DNA of 61,095 nt, counting the filler. It is 5 parts of 5 records of this genome, joined end to end, with 100 filler letters (N's around TTAATTAATTAA, not from the genome) between each part and the next. Parts side by side here need not be neighbours in the genome. Positions count along the whole stretch, not along the records: positions 43,746 to 61,095 come from SRR31156797_6695; 4 more parts are not named here. One strand, 5' to 3'. Each line of letters starts with the position of its first letter. Position 1 is the stretch's first letter. The notes under the pieces were generated by a model. It was given only the letters and a program-made list of their open reading frames with translations. It was not told the origin of the DNA and did not search any database. The translations under genes were made by a program, and so were the position numbers. Positions 59,601 through 61,095 of the stretch are shown here, piece after piece.

Positions 59601-60989
59601 CATGGTTTTGCATTAAAAGATCTCCAAAGTGCTGAAGATTTTGCAAAGATATTTCTCGGAAAACCGGATTCGGCAGGAGTATTTTCCACTGAATTGGGTG
59701 GCCTAACGGCCAACACGGCATATGAAATTTTTGCATTTGCCGCTACATATTATGATACCATTTGTTCTGATACGATCGCTTTTACAACCCTTGGAACACC
59801 CACGGTTGTCACTGATTCCATCACTGTTTTGGGTATAGATATGGTCGAAGCCTTCGGGTCTTTGATTTCAATGGGGAATCCTGCTGTTAGCCAGCACGGT
59901 TTCTGCTGGAGCACCGATACTTTACCAACCATCGAAGACCGAAAAATTGAGTTAGGCTCAATAGACAGCATAGGTGTTTTTAGCTCATTGATTGATTCAC
60001 TGTCAGAAAATGTCCGTCATTATATCAGGGCATATGCGATCAATGAGATTGACGTTGTATACGGCGATACGATTTCTTTTAGAACAGAAGGCCGTGTAGC
60101 CGTTGATAGTCTCTTTGTATCGGAAATCGATTCCTCATCTGCACGTTTGACGGCTGAGATCACGAATCTGGGTTATCCCTATGCGATAGTTCATGGTTTT
60201 GCATGGAAACATTCCGATTCTCCGGACAGCTCTTATCGTCTGGAATTATTTGGCGCTCCGGATTCCATCGGATCCTTCTCAACTAAGTTAAATGGTTTAC
60301 TTCCGAATTCAGAATATAATGCGTTTGCCTTTCTGGCAAATATGAATGATACGGCTTACACGGATACCGTGTCATTCGAAACTCATGGATTGCCATCGTT
60401 GGCCATCACCTCCATCACTGAGATCGATACCGGCAGTGCAACCGTATATGGAAGGTTCTCTGAACTTGGAAACCCCCTTCCCCGGCAATACGGTTTCTGC
60501 TGGAGCACTGACATTCATCCTACGATCGAAGATGAAAAGATCGAACTCGGCATAAGAGATTCTCTGGGTGATTTCTCTGCAATATTAAATGAACTTGAAA
60601 TGAATACGGTATATTATGTTCGTGCTTTTGCCATCAATGACCTTGGTACGGTTTACAGCGATACGATTTCATTCAGGACCCTTGTCGTTTCTCTTGAGGA
60701 CATGATCCCGAATGAGTTTTCTCTATCACAGAACTATCCCAATCCCTTTAATCCGACGACCACCCTAACTTATGGCTTGCCCGAGTCCGCCGATATCAAA
60801 CTTGTGATCTATAACCTCATGGGAAGAAAGATCAAGCAATGGGAGATCTCCGGACAGGGTGCCGGTTGGCACAAGTTGATCTGGGATGGAACAGACATGG
60901 GCGGAAAGATGGTCTCTACCGGTGTATATATTTACTCCATGAAAGCCGGCGATTTTATAGATACCCGAAAAATGGTTTTCATGAAATAA
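56682..60989 (+). CDS. Large secreted protein: two GLUG-repeat modules, seven FN3-like repeats, FlgD-Ig/T9SS-like C-terminal domain
   Basis: Signal peptide; GT..DPY/F.I, GWSPIG, GGF.G, NCYS repeats; HGFCW/GFA repeats; QNYPNPFNPTT...WDG...GVYIY tail. Confidence 0.88.
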   Translation: MKKLLILVSIISFCIAGTYSGGAGTSNNPYHIDNLGDLNEMSSTTADWDKYFIQTSNIDASATSTWHSGAGWSPIGNRNTKFTGNYKGNGKIITGMYVNRPSDEAQAFFGWTENATISGLRLFDCTIIADRMSGGMVGVLYSSSVSNCGTTGNVTCNQSAGGFAGSVKESTINNCYSEANVTAPTNDGHYRFGGFAGSSSTYSTITNCYARGNVTGYRWVGGFIGMQGEWAAVVVNENSTIEDCYSTGLVNATLSGGGFAGHNESDCVLHFCYWDYETSNDSYSPFGYEKSTSQMKTQSTFYGWDFTDTWTFDAIYNDGYPVLKWLTVDPERQSVEPSGTGTAEDPFQIGSLDNLYWISEDISRWAYHYIQTADIDASSTSSWYMGRGWSPIGNYNTKFTGSYNGQGYNISGLTINRTNDDDDYIGLFGYIANSTSIININLDDASIEGDGYVAGIAGYIYGSLIKNCSFSGNVVGRVYAGGIAGEVRMGTIVENCYSEGTVIANHSYAGGLIAHVSYEAEVSNCYSKSSVETDTYAGGFAGKTYNCRVEDCYSTGLVSGNTYKGGFIGSALNVSYTYPIKDCFWDINTSGTSTSAQGTGKTTAEMKTLETFTVKGWDFTTIWGLIAGLNEEYPYLKSHITLSAPSVTTDSVLVTGENTATVYYSITDTGVPAGDEHGLCWNTTGNPSILDSVQNEGPIVIQGNYSADVSSLAPDTYYYIRAYAANTVDTTYGDVLIFRTPENPSIINLYSDYVDTSSINVRYHIDDLGYPGITESGFAIKEYWKSDAYYAKTFLGGQSSTGSTGYYYTGLTPNTSYDIFAFAANPYDTVYTDTIQVRTYSLPRVDIEDAYAATDSSFLVEGEVYFKGYPIAEHHGFCWNTSDDPTIEDQIIDYGGADSAEYLYETISDLDPNTTYYIRLFATNTVGTAYSESISINTKGKPGLTDMAVNNILTDSATVSAELLELGDPSASEHGFALKDLQSAEDFAKIFLGKPDSAGVFSTELGGLTANTAYEIFAFAATYYDTICSDTIAFTTLGTPTVVTDSITVLGIDMVEAFGSLISMGNPAVSQHGFCWSTDTLPTIEDRKIELGSIDSIGVFSSLIDSLSENVRHYIRAYAINEIDVVYGDTISFRTEGRVAVDSLFVSEIDSSSARLTAEITNLGYPYAIVHGFAWKHSDSPDSSYRLELFGAPDSIGSFSTKLNGLLPNSEYNAFAFLANMNDTAYTDTVSFETHGLPSLAITSITEIDTGSATVYGRFSELGNPLPRQYGFCWSTDIHPTIEDEKIELGIRDSLGDFSAILNELEMNTVYYVRAFAINDLGTVYSDTISFRTLVVSLEDMIPNEFSLSQNYPNPFNPTTTLTYGLPESADIKLVIYNLMGRKIKQWEISGQGAGWHKLIWDGTDMGGKMVSTGVYIYSMKAGDFIDTRKMVFMK

Positions 60990-60992
60990 GCA

Positions 60993-61078
60993 AGAGACAG
61001 ATCCCAACAACCAATTAAAGAACCAAACTCCAAGACGGTATTACTTGCCTCTTGGAGTTTGCTTATTGTCTCTTTTTT
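60993..61078 (+). terminator. Extended terminator hairpin after the large secreted protein
   Basis: CAAACTCCAAGA...TCTTGGAGTTTG nested in AAGAGACA...TGTCTCTT, then a T-run. Confidence 0.7.
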
Positions 61079-61095
61079 ATTGCCAACGGCAATAA

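Overview
This window is not one locus. It is five unrelated contigs joined by 100-bp artificial spacers (44 N + TTAATTAATTAA + 44 N) at 12440-12539, 18157-18256, 37710-37809 and 43646-43745. (1) 1-12439, Desulfovibrionaceae-like: truncated PAS histidine kinase, DUF1786 protein, lipase-like hydrolase, cheX plus a HEAT-receiver protein, NupC, ClC-CBS, HD-GYP, AEC transporter and a pentapeptide-repeat protein. (2) 12540-18156, GC-richer deltaproteobacterium-like: glgP, dprA-topA. (3) 18257-37709, Bacteroidota (TAnnTTTG promoters, T9SS tails): recQ, purM, three tandem secreted arylsulfotransferase-like genes, multi-PAS kinase, USP, GT2, E2 acyltransferase, exonuclease, TPR protein, FAH, REP-like palindromes and tRNA-Arg(ACG). 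(4) 37810-43645, deltaproteobacterium-like: sulfatase, RNase Z/AtsA-like lipoprotein, DUF169, MFS, a hidden pseudogene and repeated operator-like palindromes. (5) 43746-61095, FCB-group non-Bacteroidota (Marinimicrobia-like): TonB receptor fragment, a TPR-GT2-GT2-YfhO-GT4-GT4 cluster, a small Zn-binding basic protein, ECF sigma/anti-sigma, holA, uppP with a structured leader, and a 1435-aa secreted GLUG/FN3-like protein. All taxonomy is inferred from gene content and signals. The best candidate for an undescribed system is in contig 5: a YfhO/GT-C glycosylation cluster near a secreted protein whose 7-repeat stalk carries 21 D-[ST]-[AVLIMT] motifs while its head carries none. No CRISPR array, rRNA, transposase or integrase was seen.
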